Part shown: one piece after another, positions 24,266 through 37,535 of the stretch | How positions within the stretch are numbered: position 1 is the first letter of the stretch | Layout: the number at the start of each line of letters is the position of its first letter | Source: Carcharhinus longimanus | Lineage: Eukaryota | Assembly: GCA_030264375.1 (NCBI GenBank) | Contig: JASCQW010000001.1 | Location: 126,162,734 to 126,226,733, forward strand | DNA: 64,000 nt | Reading direction: 5' to 3' | Position numbers and translations under genes: made by a program | Notes under the pieces: generated by a model | Database searches by the model: none | What the model was told of the DNA's origin: nothing | Seen by the model: only the letters and a program-made list of their open reading frames with translations

Positions 24266-25682
24266 AAGAAAGATATAATTGGGCATCAGCCTCCAAAGGT
24301 TCTTTTTCTCTCACTGACTCCTGAGTGATGGTGGATTCAAGGGCTTGATTACAATCTATTAGCCAATACAATCCTGGGCATTGCAGTGATCACTCTGTGT
24401 CACAGTATGCTGCTCCCCTACTCCTCAGCACTATTTAAGTTACCTATATTTATGTAATGGATTTGGCTAAGTGCTTGGATGTTCTGCGTTTATTTGAGGC
24501 AGTAAATTACTTATCACTGGGCTCTATGACTACACCCTTTGGGGTACACATGGGGGGACTTGGGAGTTCTCATCTCTGAACCTAGCAGTTGCAAGGTTCT
24601 GAGTGAGGTTTCCAAGTGGCTTCCCCTGTTTGTCTAGGTGTGCACTTGCTTTTAAAATTATTATCTCATTGGGGAATTACCATGATTGGTAGAATGAGCC
24701 ATTGTAGATAAACGATGATTGGTATGTACTGGAATTATTCTTGCATGAACGCATTATTACGCTCTAAATTACCTCAATAGTTATTGAGATGCTTCTAACA
24801 TGATTCAGCTAGGCATTCTTCCTCATGTGGTAATGCAGATTCCAAATGCGTGCACCTTTAATCAGCCTCCCAATGGGCATAACCTCCCTCCCCAGTAATG
24901 TTTTTTCTCAGTTTCATTTTCTGCTACGCCATTGCTTGAGGTTCTAAGTTGGTGGTCCTCAGGTTTTATTTCCAGGCTGGCTTCAAACCTTCCTGTGTGA
25001 CTGGAAATTCCTCTCATCATCCTGATTAACATTCAGTTTTCCCTCCCTTCTATCCCTCAGTTCTCCCACTATAATTGTGATTGATATCACTGTGTTACCC
25101 CTGAGGTATTTGAGGTGGATGGGCCTATGTCCCATGTAGACCTCCCCAGCTTGAAGCCTACTGTATCCATCAGCTATATCATCAAAGCACTGTCGAACTG
25201 TCATCTAGACTCGAAATGTTGGCTTTATTCTTGCCCCACAGATGCCATCAGACCTGCTGAGATTTTCCAGCATTTTCTGTTTTCAAAGTGTTATTTTATT
25301 CCCAATAATAATGGTGTCAATGCAGCCCTTTATTAATGTTCTCTGAAGGGGTAGTCTGAGGTAGATGCATCACTCTATTGAATCGAGATAAACGGGTGAA
25401 CAAGAAAGGTTTGTGCCTTGGCCTGTGCTGATTAGTTAATCTCAGCAAAGGGTGTGATCACGATGCTATAATTGGATTTGGCAACCCTTGGCTAAGCAAT
25501 GAGAAACACAGCTGGGGCACTGATCTTCATTGCTATCTATCGTTGTGTGTTGAAAAGAATGCATATTAGATGAGAATAGGTTTTGACAGGAATGTAATGC
25601 TCCACTCTTGAGCAACCAACATAGAGTGGTCACTGGAATAAGCCTCTGGAATTGTACCTCAGCATTAGAAAAAGATGATATG

Positions 25683-25813
25683 TGGCCAGAATTCTCCAGC
25701 TGTTCACTTCCTGCTGCCAGCAAGGGCAGAGAATTTGGCGCTCAGCCAAGTCTCTGTTCACTTCAGTGGAACAGGAGAATCCCAGCTGCAAGTGAAGTCA
25801 GAGAATTTGGCCA
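25683..25813. mobile_element. 131-bp Harbinger-type MITE
   Basis: TIRs tggccagaattctc / gagaatttggcca, 3-bp TSD atg (25680-25682, 25814-25816). Confidence 0.75.
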
Positions 25814-25864
25814 ATGTAGTCAACCTAATTTGAATTATATGATTATGAAATTATTTTACGTTTT

Positions 25865-26138
25865 AAAGTTTACTCATTTATTAGTCACAAGTAGGCTTAC
25901 ATCAACAATGCAATGAAGTTACTGTGAAATCCGGTAGTTGCCACACTCCGGCGCTTGTTTGGGTGAATGCACCTAACCAGCACGTTTTTCAGACTGTGGG
26001 AGGAAACCAGAGCACCCAGAGGAAGCCTATGCACGCACGGGGAGAATGTGTAAACTCCACATTGACAATGACCCAAGCCAGGAATCAAACCTGGATCCCT
26101 GGTGCTGTGTGGCAGCAGTGCTAACCACTGTGCCACCC
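25865..26138 (-). mobile_element. HE1-related SINE, alternative tail
   Basis: HE1 head and core with gtaagcctacttgtgactaataaa tail. Confidence 0.85.
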
Positions 26139-26909
26139 AATATAATCTATTCCCAGGCCAAAGACAAAACAAAGATGAAAGAAGAAATCAAATTAACATC
26201 ACTTATGACCATAATTACACAATCTTTAAAAAATAGAAAATGTAGAAATACATTCTACATACAACTGGACCATAAAATTTTGGAATAAATGGAAAGCAGA
26301 AGTTAACCTTTTACATGGAGATAGTTTTGGCAGAACCAATCTGGTCATCCCCACAACATTAATCTTTCTTCAGATGATAATCAACCTGCTTGGTATTATT
26401 TCAGTTTTCCAGCATTTGCAGTTTTAAAAATTCTGTGCAGAGTTCCAGTGGTTCATCAGCACCACAAGGAGGCATTCAGTGGTAGTACAGTTTTTAGAAT
26501 TAAGTTTCCAAAGTGTATCAAATTCTCAAAGCCACAATGCGTCTGAATTAATGTTTGCAAAACGTCAAAGATTTACACAATGACTGAAAACAAAGGGTGG
26601 CAAAGTGGCTAATTTGATTACATGGCCACTCCGATTCTCCATAATAATAGTAGTTTGTGGGCTACATAAACTACTGATTGGAGACAAAAAGGAGTCAATA
26701 AAAAGCTAAAGTTCATCCAAACATTCAATTAAGGTCCTTTTTTTGGATAAAACAAAATCTCCTGAATAAATTATCACAATTATGCACTTTAACCATAAAG
26801 CTTGTCACTAATATAGGCTGAATCCAAAGTAGCAATCTGAATGTTCTATTCTTGAAATATGTAAATCATTGTTTTCCTTTTCTGTGTTTTGCTATGGACA
26901 ACTAAATAA

Positions 26910-27277
26910 TCATAGAATAGAATCATCAAATCCCTACAGTGCAGAAACAGATCATTCAGCCCACTGAGTTTTCACCGACTCTATGCAATAGACCTTCTTA
27001 CCCAGGCCCTATCCCCGGAACCCCATATACCTATACCACTAATTCCCCCTAACCTAAGGGCTCGAAGGGACAATTTAGTTGGGCCAATCACCCTAACCTG
27101 CATATCTTTGGACTATGGGAGGATACCGGAACACCAATAGGAAATCCGCGCAGACACGGGGAAAATGTACAAGCTCAACACAGGAAGAATGTGCAAACTC
27201 AACCCAAAGCCGGAATTGAAATTGAGTCCCCTGTGCTGTGAGGTAGCAGTGCTAATCACTGTGCCACCATGCCACCC
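26910..27277 (-). mobile_element. HE1-type SINE
   Basis: Head, core and tail; internal duplication near 27150-27200. Confidence 0.9.
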
Positions 27278-27354
27278 TAGAGAGATAAGGAACTGCACTA
27301 AAATTAAAAGAAAGGGCTTACAAAAATGCAAAAAACAGCAGAGATCCTACCAAT

Positions 27355-27590
27355 TTAGAACGGATTAGAACGGAGTTGAGGAGGAACTTCTTCACTCAAA
27401 GGGTGGTGAATCTCTGGAATTCTCTGCCCGTTGAGGTGGTGNNNNNNNNNNNNNNNNNNNNNNNNNNNNNNNNNNNNNNNNNNNNNNNNNNNNNNNNNNN
27501 NNNNNNNNNNNNNNNNNNNNNNNNNNNNNNNNNNNNNNNNNAAGGGCTAGATGGCCTACTCCTGCTCCTATTTCTTATGTTCTTATGTTC
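27355..27590 (+). mobile_element. CR1 LINE 3' end (gapped)
   Basis: RRNFFTQRVVNLWNSLP, tail ttcttatgttcttatgttc. Confidence 0.9.
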
Positions 27591-27639
27591 AAAAGATACC
27601 GAGGCTAGCAAAGGGCCACAAAGAGGCTTAAAAGAGCCA

Positions 27640-29470
27640 CTAAAAGGAATTGTTAAAGGAGACTTGCATGGGACATCAAGATCAATATGAATAATTTTAT
27701 ACCTATACAAAAGGGAAATAGGGTGGTTAGGAACAATGTGGCACAACAAAGACTGAAAGTGGGGATTGTAAGATTATGGGAGAATGGCAGACATGTTAAA
27801 TAACTACTTTGTCTCCGTATTTAGAGTAGAAAAGGAGGAGAGCTTGCCCAAAGTCCTGAGGAAATTAATAGTGGATTGGGACAGGGCCTAAATAAAATTA
27901 ATGTGCGTAAAACATTGATAATGAAGAAATGAATGGAACTAAAGAGTGACAAATTCCCAGGACTGATGGCTTCCATCCAAAGATATTAGAGGAAGTAGGG
28001 GAACACTTTGTAGATGCCCCAACTTTAATCTTTCAGAGTTCCCTAGATTCATTGAATCATAGAATTCCTACAGTGCAGAAGAAGATCATTTGGCCTATTG
28101 AGTCTGCACTGACTCTGACAGAGAATCTTATCTAGGCCTTCTCCCCCATCCTATCCCCACAGCCCACATATTTACTATGGCTAATCCATCTAACCTACAT
28201 GCCTTGGGACTATGGGAAGAAACCGGAGCACCCAAAGGAAACCTATGCAGACACAGGGAGAACATGCAAACTCCACACATACAGTTATCCAAGGCTTGAA
28301 TTTTACTCGGGTTCCTGGTGCTGTGAGACAGCAGTACTAGCCATTGGAGTTGTCTCCCTGGATTGGAAAATTGCTCATGTCACTACACTTTTAAGAAGGG
28401 TGAAAGAGGATCTCTAGGGAATTACAGACCAGTTAGCTTAATATCTGTGGTGGGGAAATTGTTGCAGTCGATAATCAAGGATAGTATAACTGAGCACCTT
28501 GAAAATGTTCCGTTAATCAGAGACAGCCACCATGGATTAATGACAGGTAGATCATGCCTAACAAACCTCAGTGAATTTATTAAAGACATGAATAAGATGA
28601 CAGGGAAATGCTTATAGATGTTCTTTATATTCACTGCTGGAAGACCTTCAATAAAGTCCTACATAACATGCCGTTAACTAGATAGAAGCCAATGGAGTTG
28701 AGGGAAAGTACTGACATGGTTGGGAAACTGATTGAGCAGCAGGTGACTGAAGGTAGGGATAATGGGTAGGTACTCATACTGGTGGGATGTGACCAGTAGT
28801 GTCCCACAGAGATCTGTGTTAGGACCTCAATTGTTCACATTATTTATTAAGGACTTCGATAATGGCATAGGAAGTCATATATCTAAATTTGCTGATGACA
28901 TAAAGTTAGGTGGCATTGCAGATAATGTAGGTAGCATAAAATTACAAAAGGATATTAGTAGATGAGGCAAATGGGAAAAACTGTGACAAGAGAATTTCAA
29001 ACTAAGCAGGTGTGAGATTATCCATTTTGGACTGAAAAAGGCTAGATCAGGGTACTTTCTAGATGGTATGAAATTAAATATAGTGGCTTTCCAAAGAGAC
29101 TTGGCAGTTCAGGAGATCATTAAAATGCCACAAATGGTGCAGAGAATAATCAAGAAGGCTAATAGAATGCAGGCCTTTATACCTAGAGGACTGGAGTATA
29201 AGGGCACAAGAGGTTAAGCTGCAGCTACACAAAATCCTGGATAGACTCTACTTGGATCTGTGAGCAGATCTGGGCACCTCACCTAAGGTGGATATATTGG
29301 CCTTGGAGGGAGTACAGTGTAGGTTTACAAGGATGATCCCTGGACTTCAGGGGTTAAGTTATGAGGAGAGAATATACATATTAGACCTGTTTTCTCTAGA
29401 ATTTAGAAGGTTAAGGGGTGATCTGATTGAAGCCTTCAAGATACTAACAGGAAAAGACAGGGTAGATAAC
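27640..29470 (+). mobile_element. CR1 LINE ORF2 (RT), decayed, interrupted by HE1
   Basis: NYRPVSLISVVGKLL, GRSCLTNL, VPQRSVLGPQLF, KFADDIKL, RRLRGDLIE. Confidence 0.95.
28053..28343 (-). mobile_element. HE1-type SINE nested in CR1
   Basis: HE1 core and tail. Confidence 0.9.
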
Positions 29471-29589
29471 AATAAAAACAGCAATCTTGCCAAAAGAATT
29501 CTAAGTGTCGAATGAGCGTGAAAATGGGAGAATTTCAGATCCATTTCTTTGGCAAGGCCATAAAGAATCTTAAGGCACTTAGAACTTGG

Positions 29590-29810
29590 AACATAGAACA
29601 CTACAGCACAAACAGGCTCTTCGGCCCATAAGTTGCACCAATCATATCCATACCTACCAGGCCATAGAACTATCTGTAACTCTCAATCCCATTAAATCCC
29701 ATGTACTCACCCAGAAGTCTTTTAAAAGACCCCAGCGAGTTTGCCTCTACCACCACTGACGGCAGCTGATTCCACTCACTCACCACCCTCTGGGTGAAAA
29801 ACTTACCCCT
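29590..29810 (-). mobile_element. CR1 LINE 3' end
   Basis: aacatagaacactacagcac..ttcggccc. Confidence 0.85.
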
Positions 29811-30149
29811 ATGTAGGAACATGTTGAGCTGCTTTTTCTATCTTTTTCTTTTGACAATTACTTGCTCAGCTTTGGGGTACAGATAACAGTAAAATGGGGA
29901 AAAACAGCTGACACTACTACAAAACTGCCCTAAATGGATTGTGCCAAATCTATCCTCTCTAATACCTGCCAGTCCATCAGATTCTGTGCCACCACGTGTA
30001 AATGAGGGAGGATGTGGTCCAGGTCTCAGTCAACTTATCACAGTTACCATCCCAAAACCTGATCTCTGAAACACTGTCACTATATACATGGGTGGCAGCA
30101 TGTACATTATCCTCAAATACATCATGTGCTTTTGAAAAAATTGTGTGCA

Positions 30150-30475
30150 GGTTCTGAACGTTGTTGGAAAACCAGCACTTATTTCCCATCCCCTTCATTA
30201 CAATTGAGTGGCTTTCTAGGCCATTTCTGTTAGAAATCAATCATGTGTGTCTGGAGTCATATGTAAATCAGACTGGGTAAAGTCAACGAATTTCCTATCT
30301 TAAAGGATATTAATGCACCAGAAGGATTTTTGCAAACAATCCAACATTTCATGGTCACCATTACTGAAACTAGCCTTTATTTTGGTTCCTGATTGTGTAA
30401 TTAATTAAATTTAAGTTCTCCATTGCCGTTAGGACATTAATTCAGTTCTCTGGATTACTAGTCCAGTCATATAAC
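30150..30475 (-). mobile_element. SINE of the 16775 family, old
   Basis: ctggattactagtccagt head and ggagtcatatgta core on the reverse strand. Confidence 0.65.
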
Positions 30476-30559
30476 CCCGGTGTTCTCAAGCTTTTTATTG
30501 ACATTCGGGTTGTGATATCTGAAGCTTTGTGAAACTTTGCAGATCAGGTTTCCCTGACT

Positions 30560-30745
30560 TAGAACCATAGAACACTACAGCACAGAAACAGGCCTTCTGG
30601 CCCTTCTTGGCTGTGCCGAACCATTTTTCTGCCTAGAAACTGACCTGCACCTGGACCGTATCCCTCCACACACCTCTCATCCATGTACCTGTCCAAGTTT
30701 TTCTTAAATGTTAAAAGTGAGCCCGCTTTCACCACTTCATCTGGC
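30560..30745 (-). mobile_element. CR1 LINE 3' end
   Basis: PDEVVKAGSLLTFKKNLDRYMD. Confidence 0.9.
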
Positions 30746-31559
30746 NNNNNNNNNNNNNNNNNNNNNNNNNNNNNNNNNNNNNNNNNNNNNNNNNNNNNNN
30801 NNNNNNNNNNNNNNNNNNNNNNNNNNNNNNNNNNNNNNNNNNNNNGCCCCACCCCCCCCCCCCCCCCCCCCCCATTACAGCGCAGTAACAAAAGGCCTGC
30901 AGCATGTACATAAACAATGTGACAGTGGTGAAGTTGCAGAACATAACCAGGCACAAGGAGTCACAAAAACAAATCAGCAATTCGCATGACAACTTGCAGC
31001 AGCGTGTTCGAGTCAAGTTCTAAATATGGGAATTCCTGCATGAGTTGTTTACATAATGATTATTCCCAAATCCTGGCAGCATCAGGAATGCAATGCCTAA
31101 TACCATGCTGTGACACCGGGGAACATTTTCTTTATCCAAAAAAATACACAGCTACAATTATTCTTAAAAATACACCTTCATTTAAAGCTGCACTCATTCA
31201 AGAAAAGCCCTTGAAGGTTGTTGTTTTTTATCTATTTGAGTTGATTTGATAAATATGACTAAATTTTTATAACAAAATCTCAAAAAACCATCAGCTCGCT
31301 TGGACATTTTCAGCTTCAAGTTTGTGTGTAAGCAAGGACAGGAGAGAAGATTTGGTTGCAATGACTCTCAGTCCCAGACTCCAAACTGCGAATGGTTGGT
31401 TTCTCTATTAACTGGTTCTATTTGCTTCACATTAACATACACATATGTATGATTTAGGAACAAGAGGAGGCCATTTGGCCCCTCAAGCCTTCTCTGTCAT
31501 TTAATTAGACCATGGCTGATCATGATTGTGGCCCCTACTTCCCTGTCTATCCCATTATA

Positions 31560-31862
31560 GGCAACATGGTGGCACAGTGGTTAGCACTGCTGCCTCACAG
31601 CACCAAGGACCCGGGTTCGATTCCTGGCTTGGGGTCACTGTCTGTGCGGAGTCTGCACGTTTTCCCTGTGTCTGCACGGGTTTCCTCCAGGGGTGCTCCG
31701 GTTTCCTCCCACAGTCCGAAAAACGTGCTGGTTAGGTGGATTTTCCATGCTAAATTCTCCCTCAGTGTGCCCGAACAGGAGTACAGCGAGTAGGGGATTT
31801 TCACAGTAACGTCATTGCAGCGTTAATATGGGCCTACTTGTGACACTAAATAAATAAACCAA
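31560..31862 (+). mobile_element. HE1-related SINE, alternative tail
   Basis: A and B boxes tggcacagtgg / ggttcgattcc, tail cctacttgtgacactaaataaataaa. Confidence 0.9.
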
Positions 31863-32261
31863 ACTCATAGCCTTCAACAACCTCTGAACTAAGGAGACAG
31901 TGACAGCTATCAGCTGTCAAGCTTTGCTAAGATGACACATGAGTTGAAAACTGCCTCTCGCTTATAAAGAAAATAATAATCAGTACATAGAAAAAGCAGA
32001 GAGAAATTATCTGTAGAAGAATAAAGTCACTATATTTTGGGAATAAAGGGCAGATTTTCTTCCACAAAGGGTTGTTGGGTTTCAGTGCATGCTGGAATTA
32101 AATCCCCTTAAAGTTTAAAGATCTGGATGAACAGAGTCACAGGACTGCAATTAACATTTAATGAATGAACAAAACATTTTATTAAGCAAGAAAATATAAA
32201 CCACAATCCACTACTCCTTCCCCTCCGCCAAACCTTTACACATATACACAGATTAATAAGT

Positions 32262-32505
32262 CATAGAGTCCCTACAATGCAGAAGGAAGCCATTCAGCCC
32301 ATTGCGCCTACACCAACCACAATCCCACCCAGGCCCCCTCCCCTTAAACCTACTAGTCGCCCAGATGCTAAGGGACAATTTAGCATGGCCAATCAACCTA
32401 GCCTGCACATTTTTGGAGTGTGGGAGGAAACCGGAGCATCTGGAGGAAACCCAACGCAGACACGGGGAGAACATGAAGAGTTTGCACAGACAATGACCAG
32501 AGGCC
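32262..32505 (-). mobile_element. HE1-type SINE, 5'-truncated
   Basis: HE1 core and tail. Confidence 0.9.
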
Positions 32506-33029
32506 AGAAGTACAACACAAGTTACAAAATCCTCTAATGTTCTCAGTAAATATACAATCTATGTAAACCAAAGGGACAAACTGTACTCTGAAACCCAAGT
32601 GGCAGATGCCAGATTGACATCTTATCCGGCCGTCTGATTTCTACCAAAGTCATCAATCCACCTGCCAATCCCTCTTGGACAGGCTTCCTGGATGAAAGCA
32701 AAATACTGTGGATGCTGGAATCTGCTTTCTCTGAAGACTAAGGGAATTTGGCACGTCAGCTACGAATCTCGGCAACTTTTATAGATGCACCACTTCAGTG
32801 GATTTCTCAACAGACTTCCCCCAGATGCTTGTTACATTATGGGTCAGCTTGTCTCCTTAGAACTTTGATTTTCACACGGGGGTTTCCAAACTCCACTCTT
32901 TTAAGGTTTCACCAAGCTGGGATGTCTCGCATCTCAATAGCCAATATCACCATGTCTGCACTATGCAGCCCTCTATCAACTGTTAGCCTCTCTATGCCCA
33001 CTTTTAACTTAAGTAAACAGGATGTTTTA

Positions 33030-33315
33030 TGGCAGATGGTGAAATTTGAATTCAATAAAAATATCCGGAATTAAGAATTTACTGATGACCATGAAACCAT
33101 TGTCAATTGTCGGAAAAACCCCATCAGGTTCGCTAATGGCCTTTCCTGAGAGAAATCTGCCGTCCTTGCCCGGTCTGGCCTACATGTGACTCCACAGCCA
33201 CAGCAATGTGGTTGACTCTTAACTGCCTTTTGAAATGACCTCGCAATCCATTCAGTTCAAAGGCAACTCAGGATGGACAATAAGTGCTGGCCAGCCAGTG
33301 ATGTCCATGAATAAA
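33030..33315 (+). mobile_element. SINE of the 16775 family
   Basis: gaaatctgccgtcct..cctacatgtgactcc..gctggccagccagtgatgtccatgaataaaa. Confidence 0.8.
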
Positions 33316-34514
33316 AGCATAGACCGCGATTAGATCTCTTCTTGTTCTTCTAAACTCTGGAGAATATAGGCCTAAACTGCTCAATCTCGCTTTGTAAGAA
33401 AAACCCCACGGGAATCGTAGTGAGCGGGACAGGACTGTGCAAAGGCCCAATGACCTTGGGCAGGGTTTTCTGGCGTTGGGGTGAGCGTGGCCACAAAATC
33501 CTGCCCCTCATCTCTGGAATCAATCTAACGAACCTCCAATGCAACTCTGTCCCTCCTCAAGTAACGGGGACCAAAACTGTGCGCTGTACTCCAGCTGAGA
33601 TGACAGACGCAGGCCTCTGGAGAGGGGCTTGAACCCACAACTTTCTGATTCAGAGTTAATGATGGATAGCTAAAGCAGAGGCTGTGAAGCTGTCTTATTT
33701 CCAGCCTGTCATTGCCGTGTGGCCTCAGAGCAACATTGGCCTGTGTATCCTTTGCCAAGATTAGAAAATCAATAGTTAATTTTTGGTGGTCTGATGGACA
33801 ATAATACGGAGGGAAATATTATTAAGTTTGTGGATTCAGCCATTTATCACAGCATCCTTATATTTTTTTTAAGAAAAGCCCACGGGAGAGATAAATAGAA
33901 GAATGAGAGAGAGAATGTGAATCATTTTGGAAATGTCTCATCATTCTGGGTTGATTTCTTGACTTCCAGGATTGACAGCCTCATGAGAGCAGGTTGAAAA
34001 CTTTAACATGAACCATTTCATACCCATCAGTTTGCGATGAAGGCTCCACGTTCTGTACTCCTGAATGGTTTACACTTCGTTTCACTTAGTGCTTCAATGT
34101 GGCTCAAAGATAAATATTCATTATTTTGATGCATATTGAAGCAGTCAAGTCACACAGTTGGTCAATTTTACGCCCGCATTACCTCACAAAATGTCATAAC
34201 ATCACTGTTCATCAAAGTCAACATGTTCAAGTATTATTCACAGTGGAGGCTTTGCTACCTGGGAAATCAAAAATGCTATCAAGCGCTGACATCTTTGCAT
34301 TTATGCTGATATGAGAATGGGTTTCATGTTCAGTGGTTGAGATTGTTGGTCACCTGCCTGTCTCGGCAGCACTGATCTTTCCCCGTGGGATTGCCGGATT
34401 GACATCTTATCCGGCCCTCTGATTTCCCCCAAAGTCGTCAATCCACCTGCCATCAATCCCTCCTTGGACAGGCTTCCTGGATGAAAACAAAATACTGAGA
34501 TGCTGGAATCTGCT

Positions 34515-35060
34515 TTCTCTGAAGACTAAGGAAATTTGGCATGTCAGCTACAAATCTCATCAACTTTTACAGATGCACCATAGAAAGCATTTCTTTCTGG
34601 TTGTATCACAGCTTGGTATGGCTCCTGCTCTGCCCAACAACGCAGGGAACTACAAAACTTTGTGAATGTTGCCCAATCCATCACACAAACCAGCCTCCCA
34701 TCCATTGACTCTGTCTACACTTCCTGCTGCTTCAGCAAAGCAGCCAGCATAATTAAGGACCCCATGCAACTCGGACATTCTCTCTTTCACCTTCTTCCTT
34801 CGGAAAAAAGACACAAAAGTCTGAGGTCACGTACCAACTGACTCAAGATCAGTTTCTTCCCTGCTGCTGTCAGACTTTTGAATGAACTTACCTTGCATTA
34901 AGTCAATCTTTCTCTCCACCCTAACTATGAGTGTAACACTACACTCTGCACTCTCTTGTTTCCTTCTCTATGAACTGTATGTTTTGTCTGTATAGCACAC
35001 AAAAACAATACTTTTCACTGCATATTAATATATGTAACAATAATAAATCAAATCAAATCC
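34515..35060 (+). mobile_element. Rex1/Babar LINE 3' end
   Basis: LRRLRKFGMS..NFYRCTIES..GCITAWYGSCS; tail aataaatcaaatcaaatc. Confidence 0.85.
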
Positions 35061-35064
35061 CAAG

Positions 35065-35830
35065 TCACTTCATAAACAAAGTATGATATCAAGCCAGAAA
35101 AGGTGATATTAGGTTAGATGATCAAAGGCTTTGTCAAAGAAGTGGGTTTTAAGGGCATCTTAAAAGTGAAAAGCAAGGTAGAGAGGGACAGAGAGGTGTA
35201 GATGGAGAATTCCAGAACTTGGGGTCTAGGTAACAAGAGGCAAAGCTAACACTGGTGAAGCAGTTATAATTCCGAATGCACTGGAGGCCAGAATTAGAGG
35301 AGTGCAGAATTCTTGGAAGATTATGGGCTGGGGGAGTTCACAGAGACAGTGAGGAATAAAACCCTCGAAAGAATTGAAAACAAGGCTAAGAATTTTAAAT
35401 CAAAACATTGCTTGATGGGGAACCAAAGTAGTCCAATGGACACAAAGGTGATAGGGGAAGTTAAGACACAGTTCTGAATGACCTCAAGTTCACAGAGTGT
35501 AGAATGTAGTAGGCCAGCCAGAAATGCATTGGAATAGTTGAGTCTCAATGTAACAAAGGGACATACAAGGGTTTCAGCAACAGATGAGCTGAGACAGGAA
35601 CAAAGTTAAGCAATGTTACTGGAGGATATAGGCAGTGTTAGTGATGGCACAAGTATGACGTTGGGAGCTCATCTCAGGATCAATTGAACACACAAGTTGC
35701 AAACAAATTGACTTAATCTCAGATTGTTGCCAAGGGGAGGGATGGAACCAATAGCTAGGGAATGGAGTTTGGAGCGGTGACCAAAAACAATGGCTTCACT
35801 CTTCCCAATAATTAATTGGGGGAATAAAAA
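35065..35830 (-). mobile_element. L2 LINE ORF2 C-terminal fragment
   Basis: RLNYSNAFLAGL..LEVIQN..ITFV..LLWFPIKQ; KSEAIVFG. Confidence 0.85.
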
Positions 35831-36984
35831 TAGATAACTTTTAGAATTTGAATGCTGGAATGAAAACACAAACCAAGAATTCAGCAGTAAGTATGAAACA
35901 CTTATACTATATATGGCTGATTGCTGATAACTATAGTATTGCAAAATAAATAGCTGAAGCATAGAATCATACAGAGAAGCCTTTTTGTCCATTGTCCCTG
36001 TGTCAGCTGTCAAAGCTCTCCATATTGCCAAAAAAATTCTCTTTTTCAGATATATATCCAATTCCTTTTTGAAAGTTGCTATTCAATATGCTTCTACTGT
36101 CTTTTATAATTGTAAGAGTTATATACCCTTACGTTATCTTACTAAAAACTAATAATTCCACAGAGTTAAAATGTAAAAAAGAATAGCTTAAAACATTCAA
36201 GGTAATAGGTCAATGTAATATTATATTTGTATTAGGTACCATTTAAATTGACAATTTAAAGGTATTCACCTGAATAATATTATGTTGGCCATCCCTGCCA
36301 ACATATCTTTAACAACATCATTTTACAGACTGATGCCTGCCATGCATAATGAGTTTAATCAGTTTATAGCCAACAAAGGACACAGGGACTCCACCTTCCA
36401 CTGTACACGTTTCAAGTCAGTTAGTCATAAAGTGACATTCTAGGCTACCTTTGGCAGAAATGCAGCAGTTAACAAATAGCTTTGGACTTCAAAATACTCT
36501 TCCAGCAACATTATCTGAAATGACCTTTACTTGTACTTGTAGGAAATCTTTGAAGGTAAGAAAAATGTCTGTGTAGGAAGTCCCTTGTGTGCAGATATGC
36601 AGTTCATTGAGCATGTATTCCAATCAGATTATGTTTTATGGTCTACTGGCGCAGTCACTTGCATGGGCCCATTGTTAAATCAGACTGACAGGCTAGGATA
36701 GTTTTAAGCCATGAAATTAATGTTGAAATCATGAAGAAATCCACAGCCTTTTCACCTTTTTCATCCGAAGCAGACAATCTCAGAATAATAAATAATATTT
36801 GCATTTATATAGTGCCTCATTGCTTTAAAACTACTGAAAATTCTGATTTTGAGTATGATGGTTATTGTTAGGCAAGATGAATGTCCTTTGAAAACAAGGG
36901 TAATGATAAAATATAGAGAAATGTAAATATTAGATGCAATTGGATTGGGAATGGCAATTGAAATTGAATAAAGGAACTATTAGT

Positions 36985-37535
36985 GACCAGAGAGATGCTG
37001 GCAAAATAATAATATCACCAGACTAATAATCGAGAGACCTAAGCTATTAAGACATAGATTCAAGTCCAGCCATGACAGTTGGTGGAATTTGATTTGATTA
37101 ATAAAAAATATGAGGTTCAGGTAGGGGGGAGGGTTTGGAAAATTTGGTCAAACATTAAGAAGGATGTCTCACAGAAGTAATTCACTGGGGTGAGCTTTAA
37201 TGCGGGAAGTGTTATCTTCTGCTCCCCCCTGCACCCCACGGAAAAGAAGTCCTGTACTCTGGAGTTGCTGTCCAATCAGCCAGCAAATCTGATGGTTGGG
37301 GAGCAGCATAAAATTCACCCTCTTGTCTCAGTAGTGTTGACAATGAGACAATCATTGATTATCATAAAAATCCATCTGGTTCATCAATATACAATAGAGA
37401 AGTAAATGTGCCATCTTACCTGATTTGGCTTCTCTATGACTCCAGATCCACAGCAATGAGGTTGACTTCTAACTGCCATTTAAATGCTGACCTTACTAGT
37501 GATGCCGACTGACATCCCATGAAGGATTAAAAAAA
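36985..37535 (+). mobile_element. SINE of the 16775 family with a nested 133-bp MITE (37188-37320)
   Basis: SINE halves flank TIRs gggtgagctttaatgc / gcataaaattcaccc. Confidence 0.6.

Noticed and set aside
25200-25285. Hammerhead ribozyme in a Penelope-like terminus
   Set aside because: The CTGANGA core is absent or degenerate here and near 60740
31560-31635. tRNA gene
   Set aside because: The A and B boxes are SINE heads that continue into core and tail; same for the other copies
36543-36555. 13-nt microexon (tgtag|..AAG|gtaaga)
   Set aside because: Not frame-preserving and no gene context; plausible by chance
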